From an uncultured Pseudomonadota bacterium (GTDB lineage Bacteria; Pseudomonadota; Alphaproteobacteria; UBA9219), in contig CAIXHP010000023.1 in NCBI GenBank assembly GCA_903919315.1, forward strand, positions 30,031 to 94,030: a stretch of 64,000 nt of DNA, written 5' to 3'. Position 1 is the first letter of the stretch, and each line of letters starts with the position of its first letter. The position numbers were made by a program, and so were the translations under genes. This document shows, in pieces, positions 19,432 to 28,418 of this stretch. The notes under the pieces were generated by a model. That model made no database searches, had not been told where the DNA came from, and saw nothing but the letters and a program-made list of their open reading frames with translations.

Positions 19432-20417
19432 GTTGCCTCGCTTTCAAAGGTCATGATGGCTTGCCCGATGATCGCCGCGATTTGCGGGACGATGGCATTG
19501 CCGAGGGCGCGCAGTCTGTCCACCCGATGGGGTACCCTTGAAGCCACTCGACCCACGTCGGGTTCAACGATCCAAGGATCGCGTTGGAACCATGGGTCTG
19601 AAGCCCACTCCTTCTGTTCGCCGTGGGCGTCGGCCATTGATGCACCGCCCGGCCAAGGAGACCGTTCACTGGCACGTTCTTGCAGGCCTGCGCCGTTCCG
19701 TCCTTCCAGTCGCGGCTGGTCGGCGTCGGCCATTGGCGCAGGGATTGATTGACGGCCCGCCCTAACTCGTTTCCGCTGGGCCCGTTGCTTTTGCCGTCCG
19801 GACTGAAGCCGTGCGGTGTTGGCCACAGCTTTTGCTTTTGCGAAATACCCGCACGATAAGCCATCGCCGCCCATTCCTCGCGGTTCCGACATTTTTCCTT
19901 CAGCATCATAAGTGATCCGTCGTTCGTGAATCCGCGAACGTCTGGCGTGGGCCAAAATCCAAAGTCGGTCGCGTCTATGCGGGGCGCCAACGGCGCAAGC
20001 TGGAATAACAAACGGCCAGACGGCGAAGCCTTCAGCTTCCAGCGATGTGGCAACCTCGTCGAAACCGAGGCTAATATGCCCAGCAACGTTTTCGGCAACG
20101 ACCCATCGCGGCCTGACGCCTCGTATAATGCGCAGCATTTCCGGCCAGAGATGTCTTTCATCTTCTGCGCCAGCCCTACGTCCTGCCATGCTGAAGGGCT
20201 GGCAGGGGTATCCCCCGCAAACAAGGTCAACTGTTCCCCGGTATTGTCCGCCATCAAGCGCACGCACATCGTCGTGGATGGGGACGTCGGGCCAGTGCTT
20301 TCGCAGCACGGCGCGGCAGTACGTTTCGATTTCGCAGAACGCGACGGTTTGCATGCCCGCCGCTTCGAGGCCAAGGCTGAATCCGCCGATGCCGGAGAAG
20401 AGGTCGAGCACATTCAC
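19428..20417 (-). CDS. DNA (cytosine-5)-methyltransferase
   Basis: Motif I LFSGIGGFS, motif IV GGYPCQPFS, motif VI ENV. Confidence 0.85.
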   Translation of the reverse strand: MNVLDLFSGIGGFSLGLEAAGMQTVAFCEIETYCRAVLRKHWPDVPIHDDVRALDGGQYRGTVDLVCGGYPCQPFSMAGRRAGAEDERHLWPEMLRIIRGVRPRWVVAENVAGHISLGFDEVATSLEAEGFAVWPFVIPACAVGAPHRRDRLWILAHARRSRIHERRITYDAEGKMSEPRGMGGDGLSCGYFAKAKAVANTARLQSGRQKQRAQRKRVRAGRQSIPAPMADADQPRLEGRNGAGLQERASERSPWPGGASMADAHGEQKEWASDPWFQRDPWIVEPDVGRVASRVPHRVDRLRALGNAIVPQIAAIIGQAIMTFESEAT

Positions 20418-21178
20418 GCCGCCTCCGCATCGAAGTCGACGAAACAGCCGCAGCCGCCGATCTCGAACATGTCGATCTGGCCTTTGGCTTCTATTTTTTC
20501 GCGCAGCGCCTTAAGGGTAAGATCTTTCAGAATGGAGACGTTTTTGCCGAGAAACGCGCGTAGTTCCTGTTCTTTTTGTTCATGGTACAAATAGCGGCAC
20601 GGCAACGTGCGCAGCAGGTTGGCAAAATGGCCTTGCCCCGCTTTCACACAAAACCCGCCGCAGTTGTTGTGCGCGAAGCCCATCTCATAGAGACGAGGCG
20701 GTTTGATGCCTGCGTTTTTAAGCCATGCCAGCATCTGGCGTTTGTCCACATAAGGCGGATCGCACATGGGAGCTTCGTAAATCCATGGCAGCTTGCGCGG
20801 CGCGAGCCGGATGATCCGATGCTCTTCTGTCCAGTCGATGCCGACATAGCAAACGGTGTCGGCAGGATCGCAATTCGCCTTAAGCCACCTGTCGGCCATT
20901 TTTCGTTTCAGCGTTTCGCTGCACGGGTCGATTTGGCTGTTGCCGAGAAAGCGGCGGTCGAAGAACACTTCCCAAGGCGTGCGTCCCTCGGCGATTTTGA
21001 CCAGCGGTGCGCCGATGTTCGCCGCTGCCTCATCGATGAAGCGGTACAAATCCTCGTCTTCCATGCGCGTGTCCGTGAACAGCAGCACGGTGTTCGCCGT
21101 TCCATGCCGCTCGACGACACGTTTCGCGGCCGCCCATGAGCCGATGCCGCCGGAAAAGAAAACGACGTGCTTTGTCAT
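20414..21178 (-). CDS. PAPS reductase-like / PP-loop superfamily protein
   Basis: N-terminal VVFFSGGIGS; C-terminal Cys cluster NCGGFC; ATG 21178 overlaps the helicase stop (TGATG). Confidence 0.5.
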   Translation of the reverse strand: MTKHVVFFSGGIGSWAAAKRVVERHGTANTVLLFTDTRMEDEDLYRFIDEAAANIGAPLVKIAEGRTPWEVFFDRRFLGNSQIDPCSETLKRKMADRWLKANCDPADTVCYVGIDWTEEHRIIRLAPRKLPWIYEAPMCDPPYVDKRQMLAWLKNAGIKPPRLYEMGFAHNNCGGFCVKAGQGHFANLLRTLPCRYLYHEQKEQELRAFLGKNVSILKDLTLKALREKIEAKGQIDMFEIGGCGCFVDFDAEAA

Positions 21179-23901
21179 CACGCCGCCTCCGTTTTTCCAA
21201 CGGCGTTCTCGACCAGTTGCCTGATCCGCCCTTTGTTGAACCGGAAATTGAGCAGGCATGACGCGCGGTACTTGGTCATGCTGAAATCGAGACGCGCCGC
21301 TTCGTCGAGAAGGGCGAGTTGCTTTTCACTGGCGGGTTCATTGAGCCACCGGCGCGTTTTATGGGCGCTTTCGCTCGTCTCGTGTTCGTTGAGAAAATCG
21401 TCAGCCACGGCCATCATCACCGTGCGCTCGCCCGTCCCAAGAAGTTGGACGGTGCGTTCATGGCCGCCAACGGCGTGCCAGTACCCATTGAGCCAGAAGA
21501 TCGCGGCCCATGCCGTGAATCCAGAGGCCATCAGGGCGGCGTCATCACCGAACAGGTCAATCCACCGGAAGCTGCTGCGTTTGAGGAGGTCGATTTCCGT
21601 AAGTGAAAAATCTTCAAGCGGAAGTTGATCGACTCCAAGTGCTGCTCCAGCCTCGGCGTTGCCGAACACGAACTCATAACCACACAACGCGCATTCATGG
21701 GCGGAAAGCGGGACGATGGCATCGCATTCAGGACAGGTTTTTGTTGGCGCTTCGCCTTCGTGAACTTTCCCGTCGAGATTGACGTCCTGTTCGAGGCTTC
21801 CGTGCATGAGCGTCGATGTGCCGAAGTCGAGCACAATGCAGTCTGTCTTGATCACGCCCGGATGTTCTTTGGGATCGATCGTGCGCAACCCGCGACCGAT
21901 CATCTGGATCATTGTCGAACGGTACGAGCTGGGGCGCAGCAAGACGACGCATGAGGTCGGCGGGTAATCCCATCCTTCCGTCAATACGGCGACATTGACA
22001 ATGACGCGCGCGCTGCCCTGCTGGAAGCGGGCGAGCGTCAAGCGACGATCACTGTGAGCCATATCGCCATGCACGAGGACGGCTTCAACACCGGAGCGCT
22101 TGAATGTTTCCGTCACGTTTGTTGCGTGTTCGACGGTCGAGCAGAAAACGACCGTTTTGCGATCACCCGCTTTTTCCTGCCAGTGGCTGACGACAGCGCT
22201 GGTTACGACCGGGCGATCCATGATCTCCGCGACTTCGGCCATATCGAAGTCCGCAGCGGTCTTACGCACCTGGCTCAGTTCGTCCTGGACGCCGACATCC
22301 ACGACAAACGTGCGCGGTGGCACGAGATGGCCGGATTGAACAAGCTCGGCAAGGCGGATTTGATCGCCGACATTGTCGAACACAGGGCGCAAAGCTTTCT
22401 TGTCGCCGCGATTGGGCGTGGCTGTCAGCCCGAAGAGCATAACCTTCTGGTTTTTCTCTTTGGCGTTATCGATGATGCGGCGATAGCTGTCTGCAGCTGC
22501 GTGATGAGCTTCGTCGATTACAAGAAGATCGAGCGGCGGCATCATGGTGAGATTGTCGGATCGCGCCAGTGTGGGCGCCATAGCGAAGGTCGCGCGTCCA
22601 CGCCATGATTTGCTGTTCGCGTCATAGATGGACGTGCTGATGGCGGGATTGACCCGCATAAACTTCGTGACGTTCTGCGCGGTGAGTTCGTCGCGGTGGG
22701 CCAAAACGCAAGTCTTTTCGGCAGCGCGCTCTCGGATAAGTTCGCCCGCAACGGCGGACAGCATGATCGTCTTGCCGGAGTTATGCGTAACCGTGAAATC
22801 GCCCATCAAATAGCGGCAATCGCCATCGACCGAAAACCCGATATAGTCGCCACGACCGACGGCATGAACCGTAAATCCGGTTCGAAGCACATTTTTGCGC
22901 TGCCGTCGCGGTGTGGCCTGCTTGCGCACGACGCGCGTGGGAATGAGATCGGTGTCGCCGCTGATATGAACCCGCCAATAAAGGACGCCGTTAACTTCCT
23001 TACGGCTGGGCGTGGCCAGAAAGCCGAGGCTGCGAGCGACAAAAACGACATCTTCAGTGAGCTTTGGGGACTTGCTGCTGAACTCAAAACCCGTTTGCTT
23101 GGACAGGTGACCGTCGGTATCGAGTAACCCGGCGAGCACCGCAAGGCGTGTGTCGCGGCTGCCCAGTCGGTAGCCGTTGGGCAGAAACTTCTCTTCTGCG
23201 CCCTTGCCGTGCAGAGACAATTCGCGCAAGGCGTCGATCAGGACGTTTGCCTGTCCACGCCCGGCGCCAACCAAGTGATAGGTGTTAGCGGCATTATCGA
23301 CCAGTTGTTCACACCGGATAGACAGGCCCATAGCATCGGCGTGGGCATAGAGCGTTTCCACGATTTCCGCATCGGGGGTCGTCACAGCGATGCCGTGCTT
23401 GATAGAGCCGTCGCCGATCAGGACGCCGAAAAAATAGGGATCCAACGCAGGCTTTTGCCTGTAAGGAAAATCGACAGAAAGCCTCAACAGCTTGTGCAGG
23501 TGCCGAAATGTCGACGATTCTGCGAGATAATCGCGCAGCGGAATGTCGATGATCTCGCCTGCGCGGCTTCGTCCGAACTTATCCTCACCGTCGTTTGTTC
23601 GCACCAAGGTCAGGATATGGCCATGATTGACCCGGAATGGCATCCCTTTGATCGGGCGGATGTCGAACATTTGATCTTGGCCTTGATGGATTTCCAGCAC
23701 ACGTCTGCGGGTGCCGTCTGGCCCCATGAGCAGGTCATCGATCCGTATGTTCTCCACCGACTTTTGAGAACCGTCATGCATAAGGATCAGCGTTCCGGGC
23801 GCGTGGCAGCCTGTGGGAGCCACGCCGAGCGTGTTACCGCGCGCTTTAAGCGCAGCGACACAATTATCGACAAAGATTTTCTGACGTGGCCTTAACAGCA
23901 T
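21178..23901 (-). CDS. SF2 DEAH-box phage helicase precursor carrying an intein in the Walker A motif
   Basis: Exteins join to LGVAPTG|SGKT (Walker A); motif II VIDEAHH, III LTATPN, VI QMIGRGLR; C-terminal zinc ribbon CPECD...CALCG. Confidence 0.85.
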   Translation of the reverse strand: MLLRPRQKIFVDNCVAALKARGNTLGVAPTGCHAPGTLILMHDGSQKSVENIRIDDLLMGPDGTRRRVLEIHQGQDQMFDIRPIKGMPFRVNHGHILTLVRTNDGEDKFGRSRAGEIIDIPLRDYLAESSTFRHLHKLLRLSVDFPYRQKPALDPYFFGVLIGDGSIKHGIAVTTPDAEIVETLYAHADAMGLSIRCEQLVDNAANTYHLVGAGRGQANVLIDALRELSLHGKGAEEKFLPNGYRLGSRDTRLAVLAGLLDTDGHLSKQTGFEFSSKSPKLTEDVVFVARSLGFLATPSRKEVNGVLYWRVHISGDTDLIPTRVVRKQATPRRQRKNVLRTGFTVHAVGRGDYIGFSVDGDCRYLMGDFTVTHNSGKTIMLSAVAGELIRERAAEKTCVLAHRDELTAQNVTKFMRVNPAISTSIYDANSKSWRGRATFAMAPTLARSDNLTMMPPLDLLVIDEAHHAAADSYRRIIDNAKEKNQKVMLFGLTATPNRGDKKALRPVFDNVGDQIRLAELVQSGHLVPPRTFVVDVGVQDELSQVRKTAADFDMAEVAEIMDRPVVTSAVVSHWQEKAGDRKTVVFCSTVEHATNVTETFKRSGVEAVLVHGDMAHSDRRLTLARFQQGSARVIVNVAVLTEGWDYPPTSCVVLLRPSSYRSTMIQMIGRGLRTIDPKEHPGVIKTDCIVLDFGTSTLMHGSLEQDVNLDGKVHEGEAPTKTCPECDAIVPLSAHECALCGYEFVFGNAEAGAALGVDQLPLEDFSLTEIDLLKRSSFRWIDLFGDDAALMASGFTAWAAIFWLNGYWHAVGGHERTVQLLGTGERTVMMAVADDFLNEHETSESAHKTRRWLNEPASEKQLALLDEAARLDFSMTKYRASCLLNFRFNKGRIRQLVENAVGKTEAA
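22780..23808 (-). mobile_element. intein (343 aa) with LAGLIDADG homing endonuclease
   Basis: Begins at Cys (codon 23808..23806; CHAPGTLILMHDG); ends ...FTVTHN (Asn codon 22782..22780) followed by Ser +1; LAGLIDADG motifs YFFGVLIGDGSI and LAVLAGLLDTDGHL. Confidence 0.8.
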
Positions 23902-23969
23902 GGCTCACCAACAACAAACGAACGGATAAGGAAAACGCGGCGAGCCTCATGCCCGCCGCGCTGCGAGGG

Positions 23970-24611
23970 TCAGCGCGCCCAAGAGGGCATGGCTCCGCCT
24001 TGCGTTCCTGTTTGTTGCTGTTGAGGGGCGGCGTTCGGTTGCTGCGCCGGTTGTTGAGCTGGCATTGGCTGCGGAGCATAACCGGCTTGGGCGCCGAACA
24101 TCACGCCAGCGTATTCTTGATTTTTGCGCGTCAGCACGAGGGCCAGACGGTTCTTGTCCGGATAGTTGTCTTTACCCTTTTCGATGCCAATCTTGGCGAC
24201 AAACTGCAGTCCATTGAATGAACCGAAGTCTTGCGTGATGCGTTTCTGGCGCGCGGCGGGACTGTCGTCGTCGGGATCAAGGCCGAAGGCGCTGTCCAGC
24301 ATAGCGCGCAACGACGCCTTGGTGATGCCCCACGCTTTCGACTGCCCGCGCTCGTCGACTTTGCCGCCGGATACCGTCATGTTCTGCCAGAACTTGCGCT
24401 TCGCAAACGGGCCTTCGAGCACCGTGAATTCGAAATTCAGGTATTCGACGTCGCTGGTGTTGCTGCGCGTCAACCAGCCGCCCTGGCCTGTGCTGCCGGG
24501 CCGTAGGGTCGCAACCACCTTTGCAATCGTATTCGCCGGAATAAGCTCTCCGGACTGCTGTTGTCCGGCGTCGTTGAAATCCATCCCTTGAGTCTGGTAC
24601 ATGTGGGTCAC
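23970..24611 (-). CDS. DUF669-like phage protein (Sak4 partner, putative ssDNA-binding)
   Basis: Follows the Sak4-like ATPase gene with a 4-bp overlap; Gln/Pro-rich C-terminus. Confidence 0.5.
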   Translation of the reverse strand: MTHMYQTQGMDFNDAGQQQSGELIPANTIAKVVATLRPGSTGQGGWLTRSNTSDVEYLNFEFTVLEGPFAKRKFWQNMTVSGGKVDERGQSKAWGITKASLRAMLDSAFGLDPDDDSPAARQKRITQDFGSFNGLQFVAKIGIEKGKDNYPDKNRLALVLTRKNQEYAGVMFGAQAGYAPQPMPAQQPAQQPNAAPQQQQTGTQGGAMPSWAR

Positions 24612-25498
24612 TCCTGTATTGGTTTAGCGGCTGGTGCGGGGGGTTCGGCATCGGTCGGCTGTGGCCTGCAAAACTCCAGCCGTTCCGATGCCGTCTTGGT
24701 TAAGGGTTGTTTGATCTTTTCCATGAGCCGCCCCAAGTGCGGCTCCTCGATCATGGACAGCCGCCCGCTGCGGTCGCCCGCGGGGTAGCCCCATGGATTG
24801 AGCGCTTGGCAGACGAAGGCGCGATAGGGCGTTCCATCGTCGGCTTTCAATTCAGCCATCGTAATCACTTGATCGACGATGCCCGGCAATTCGAGGCCGG
24901 TTTTGCTGCCTTCGATCTGTGGCGTGTAAATACGGCGGTTGAAATCGTCGGTCTTTTCGTCAAGAAGCCCGACGAACCAGACGTTTTTGCTGCGCGTGTG
25001 CTGCAAATGCGTAAGCCAACCCACCATCTCGCGGCCCAGAAGACCGTAAGCGCCTCGCGTATCGGGCTTGCCTGTCTTTTCGCTGATGGCTTCCGGCTGG
25101 CCTGTGCACCACTGGAAGCACAAGCGAGAGGCGACGGTGATGCTGTCGACGAAAATCGTTTCGTATTTGTCGAGCGCGGCTGCATCGCCGAATTCGCTGC
25201 AGACAAAATCGTAATGCGCCTGACTGTAGGGCTGATTATCGCGCAACGCGGGATTAGGGCCGCCGATGTAGGCAGCGAAGTCGCGGCACTCCTGCCACGT
25301 GCGCGGGCGGATCGTATCGCCCGGCCAACCTTCGACAGCAAGATCGCCCGCCTCAAGATCAATAAACAACGTGCTCTTTGCGTCCAGCGTCAATAGCTCC
25401 GTGGTTTTGCCGATTTTATAAGGCCCGTAAAGGCAGCCTTTGATGCCGCGCTTTTCAGCCATGCGCTGCTCAGCCGTGATGAGTTTGAATCCGGTCAT
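24608..25498 (-). CDS. Sak4-like RecA-family ATPase (AAA_24)
   Basis: Walker A GPYKIGKTT near the N-terminus when started at ATG 25498 (MTGFKLI...); the longer track ORF carries a low-complexity N-terminal extension. Confidence 0.65.
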   Translation of the reverse strand: MTGFKLITAEQRMAEKRGIKGCLYGPYKIGKTTELLTLDAKSTLFIDLEAGDLAVEGWPGDTIRPRTWQECRDFAAYIGGPNPALRDNQPYSQAHYDFVCSEFGDAAALDKYETIFVDSITVASRLCFQWCTGQPEAISEKTGKPDTRGAYGLLGREMVGWLTHLQHTRSKNVWFVGLLDEKTDDFNRRIYTPQIEGSKTGLELPGIVDQVITMAELKADDGTPYRAFVCQALNPWGYPAGDRSGRLSMIEEPHLGRLMEKIKQPLTKTASERLEFCRPQPTDAEPPAPAAKPIQE

Positions 25499-25499
25499 T

Positions 25500-25973
25500 T
25501 TACTCCTGCGGTTTGGGTTTGAGGGTGTAGGTCGCCTTGCCCGGCACGACGGTGCGCGCGGGAGAGAAAAGTTTCTGGATGTCGGGAGGAGCGGCGGCGT
25601 ACTTGCGTTCGTCGACCTTGAACTCGGCTTTGACATAGTGCTTGGCCGTTTCGGTCGGAAGAGAATCCAGCGCCGTAACGAGCTTGGCCTGATCCCATTT
25701 AACGGTTTTGCCAACTTCGGCGGCGACGTCAAAACCCATGTCGTCAAGATGAACGACACCTGTGTCTTTTCCCGCCTCAAGCCGCCGTTGTTTTGCCGCA
25801 TCGCCATATTTGCGGTCGAGGGCGCAAATGAGCTTGTCCTTGCGCACCTTCAGGAGCATTGCGTCCTTGTCGAGCAGGTCGATCAAGTCCGCCAGTTCCG
25901 GCGCAGCCAGATTGGCAATGGTCGCGATGTCCATGGCATCAAGCGCGGCGGGATGGAAATTGCGCAGGATCAT
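25500..25973 (-). CDS. hypothetical phage protein
   Basis: 157-aa ORF overlapping both neighbours by 4 bp. Confidence 0.5.
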   Translation of the reverse strand: MILRNFHPAALDAMDIATIANLAAPELADLIDLLDKDAMLLKVRKDKLICALDRKYGDAAKQRRLEAGKDTGVVHLDDMGFDVAAEVGKTVKWDQAKLVTALDSLPTETAKHYVKAEFKVDERKYAAAPPDIQKLFSPARTVVPGKATYTLKPKPQE

Positions 25974-26458
25974 GCCATGCCTCCATGCTGCTGCCCGTAG
26001 AATGCAATCAACGCCGCTTCGGCCAATCCGTCATCCTTGTGACGCGGCCACAGATGCGCATGGCGCGGCATCAACTGGCTGGCGCGGTAGCGGGCGTCGT
26101 CTTTGTTGCTGGAGACTTTGAGTTTGCTCTTCCACGTCACCGGCGTGACAAGCGTCATGGGTAGAAAGTGCGCGGCGACGATGCCTTTGATCGCGCCATA
26201 CGTTTCGCCAAAGGCAAACATGCTGGCGACGCCCTGCTTGGGCATGGACGCGACGCGCTCGATGAAAACATGAACGTGCGAGGCATTTTTCGTCCCGTTG
26301 TCGATCAGCCGCGCCAAGGCATTCAGATCGAGGATCCTGCGGTTGCCCTTGCCTTTGCTGATTTTGAGCGTGGGCAACGCCTCAACGGACATCTCGTCGC
26401 CGTTACGAAAAGCCAAAGCGCCGGACAGACCCGGATCGATGCCGACGAAGAGCGTCAT
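25970..26458 (-). CDS. RuvC-family Holliday junction resolvase
   Basis: N-terminal LFVGIDPGLSGALA, the typical RuvC start; 162 aa. Confidence 0.75.
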   Translation of the reverse strand: MTLFVGIDPGLSGALAFRNGDEMSVEALPTLKISKGKGNRRILDLNALARLIDNGTKNASHVHVFIERVASMPKQGVASMFAFGETYGAIKGIVAAHFLPMTLVTPVTWKSKLKVSSNKDDARYRASQLMPRHAHLWPRHKDDGLAEAALIAFYGQQHGGMA

Positions 26459-26667
26459 ACGGGGATCTCCACGCTGTAGAGATCCTTGTGCTTCACGCGC
26501 CCCTTGGTTATGGCGACGATTTTGTCGGCTATGACGGGGCGCGGACGGCGCAAACCTCTGGCATATCTGGAGACATTCAGGGCTGCGCTGGTGCTGTCCA
26601 TGCCAAGCATTCGCGCGAATTCAGCGTGGGACAGGTCTTTCTCTTTGAGATAATCGGCAAGTTTCAT
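26455..26667 (-). CDS. Cro-like HTH transcriptional regulator
   Basis: HTH LSHAEFARMLGMDSTSAALNVSRYARG; first gene of the leftward early operon; divergent from the CI-like gene. Confidence 0.65.
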   Translation of the reverse strand: MKLADYLKEKDLSHAEFARMLGMDSTSAALNVSRYARGLRRPRPVIADKIVAITKGRVKHKDLYSVEIPV

Positions 26668-26801
26668 AGGCCAAAGACCTATCCCATTTGGCACACTAAC
26701 ACAAGATTAATGTGGCCTATTCGGATGTGCGAATGAAACTATTTGCGTTAACCATCCAGAGCGGATAGGATGCCTCATCCGAATTGGATGGAGTATTAGG
26801 C
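26668..26801. promoter_or_regulatory. lysogeny-switch intergenic region with GGATG/CATCC inverted-repeat operator candidates
   Basis: GGATGCCTCATCC and CATCCGAATTGGATG inverted repeats lie between the divergent cro-like and cI-like genes. Confidence 0.55.
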
Positions 26802-27191
26802 ATGAACAGATTGAAAATCGTACGAGAACTGGCGGGTTACACGCAAGAGCAAGTCGCCACGGCGCATGAAGTCACGGCGCAAACGATTCAGCGTTTCGAG
26901 AAGGGAACGCGCAACGTAAGCCTCGCCTGGCTGGAAAAAATGGCGGAATTTTACAAGGTCAGGGTTTCCACTTTAGTCGATGACGTTGTCGAAGCTGAAG
27001 TCGACGAGGCTCTCATGCGGGAAATCATGGCCTACACGTTCAAGCGATGCGAGGGCGAAAACGTCGATATCAATAAGCTCGCCAAGGTCGTGACCAAAAC
27101 CTACAAAAAATGCCGCAAGATGAAAGAAGCCCCTAAAATGGCCGAGATCAGGGAAAAAGTGGACGACATGCTGACATGCGCCATCGATTAA
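26802..27191 (+). CDS. CI-like XRE-family repressor (no peptidase domain)
   Basis: HTH LAGYTQEQVATAHEVTAQTIQRFEKG. Confidence 0.7.
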   Translation: MNRLKIVRELAGYTQEQVATAHEVTAQTIQRFEKGTRNVSLAWLEKMAEFYKVRVSTLVDDVVEAEVDEALMREIMAYTFKRCEGENVDINKLAKVVTKTYKKCRKMKEAPKMAEIREKVDDMLTCAID

Positions 27192-27195
27192 GCGC

Positions 27196-27576
27196 TCAAT
27201 TTATGCCGTTAAATTCCTGCAAGAACTGCACCGCTTCATCAAACTGATCGCGCGGCAACTCACACAAATCCTCGATTTGGTAGGCCGTGGTAAAAGCCAA
27301 GCGCAGGGTAGCTGGACTGCAAAGAAGGCCGTAGGCGCGGCGAATAATGATGCCTTCCAAACTTTTAATCTGATGGTCACAAATTGGGTTGTACACCCCT
27401 GCCGGTAAGGGCGTCTGTCCAGAAGAAAAAAGATCCTCCTCTTCGGCCATTTCCTCAAAGACGAGGGGCACTATTTCTTTGTAATCGCTCATAAAAATCA
27501 TTCGCAGGAGAAAATCGGTTACCAAAAACCGGCAAAACATGTTGTTAATAATGCCCGAAAAAAACGGCAAAAGCAA
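27196..27576 (-). CDS. hypothetical cargo protein (low-GC)
   Basis: ORF in the AT-richer segment; probable shorter start MSDYKEI at 27492; no clear SD. Confidence 0.4.
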   Translation of the reverse strand: MLLPFFSGIINNMFCRFLVTDFLLRMIFMSDYKEIVPLVFEEMAEEEDLFSSGQTPLPAGVYNPICDHQIKSLEGIIIRRAYGLLCSPATLRLAFTTAYQIEDLCELPRDQFDEAVQFLQEFNGIN

Positions 27577-27659
27577 TTAAAATCTTGACTTTTAGTATCA
27601 TATAGTCAGACTTTACGTATTAACGATATGTAAAGCATAATTGGAATAGAAAGCATACT

Positions 27660-28316
27660 ATGGCACTCACCCCAGACCAGCTCCGCGCCGCCCGTGCGCT
27701 TTTGAATATCTCGCAAGACAGCCTTGCTAAAGGATCCGGCGTTGCTGTCACGGCCATACGCCAATACGAGTTGGGTATTACGACGAACCTGCAGCAGAAG
27801 ACGGAAAACGCCTTGCTCTCTTTCTTCGCGGATAAGATCGAGTTCATCGGCACGCGAGGCGTTGCGCAACGGGAAGCAGATCAGCTGATCCTGGACGGCG
27901 AGAACGTGATTGCGCAGATGTTCGAGGACATACATGCGCATTTGTGCGGGCAGGAAGGGGCGGAAGCTCTATTCTTGTGCGGCGATACGCCTTGCCTGTT
28001 CTCTCCGGAGCTTATCGGATACAGCGTAGCCCTGCAGGAAGCCGGTTTTACCTATCGTTCCGTTTGCCAAAAAAAGAACAAGGCTGCGTTTACGCGCATC
28101 ATTCCGGCGAACTACGCACCGCTCCCCTTTCAAGCCGTCTATGGTTCAACGGTCGCGCAGATGATCAATCATAACCGCATTCTTCTGGTGCGCTCGCCCA
28201 TGCTGGCGAAAGGGCTGCGACAAACGTTCGAGCTGCTTTGGGCCTTCATCCCTGCATCTGAAGCAGAAAAATCCGATGAGGACGCCACAGAAGAAGGTGA
28301 AGCTCTCAGGGCATAA
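27660..28316 (+). CDS. XRE-type HTH protein with uncharacterised C-terminal domain
   Basis: N-terminal LRAARALLNISQDSLAKGSGVAVTAIRQYELG; AT-rich promoter-like region upstream. Confidence 0.6.
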   Translation: MALTPDQLRAARALLNISQDSLAKGSGVAVTAIRQYELGITTNLQQKTENALLSFFADKIEFIGTRGVAQREADQLILDGENVIAQMFEDIHAHLCGQEGAEALFLCGDTPCLFSPELIGYSVALQEAGFTYRSVCQKKNKAAFTRIIPANYAPLPFQAVYGSTVAQMINHNRILLVRSPMLAKGLRQTFELLWAFIPASEAEKSDEDATEEGEALRA

Positions 28317-28418
28317 GCAAACCGATCCTTTTTGGATGTTTGACAAACCATGCCTATTTGGATAGGTTCTTGGGGTCAGGCGGCCAATTGCCGCTCCATT
28401 TACCCCAAGGAGAATTGC

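Noticed and set aside
25500-25807. Long N-terminal extension of the Sak4 ORF (start at 25807)
   Set aside because: The extension is low-complexity Ser/Pro/Arg-rich and overlaps the upstream gene by about 300 bp; ATG 25498 gives the canonical Walker A near the N-terminus.
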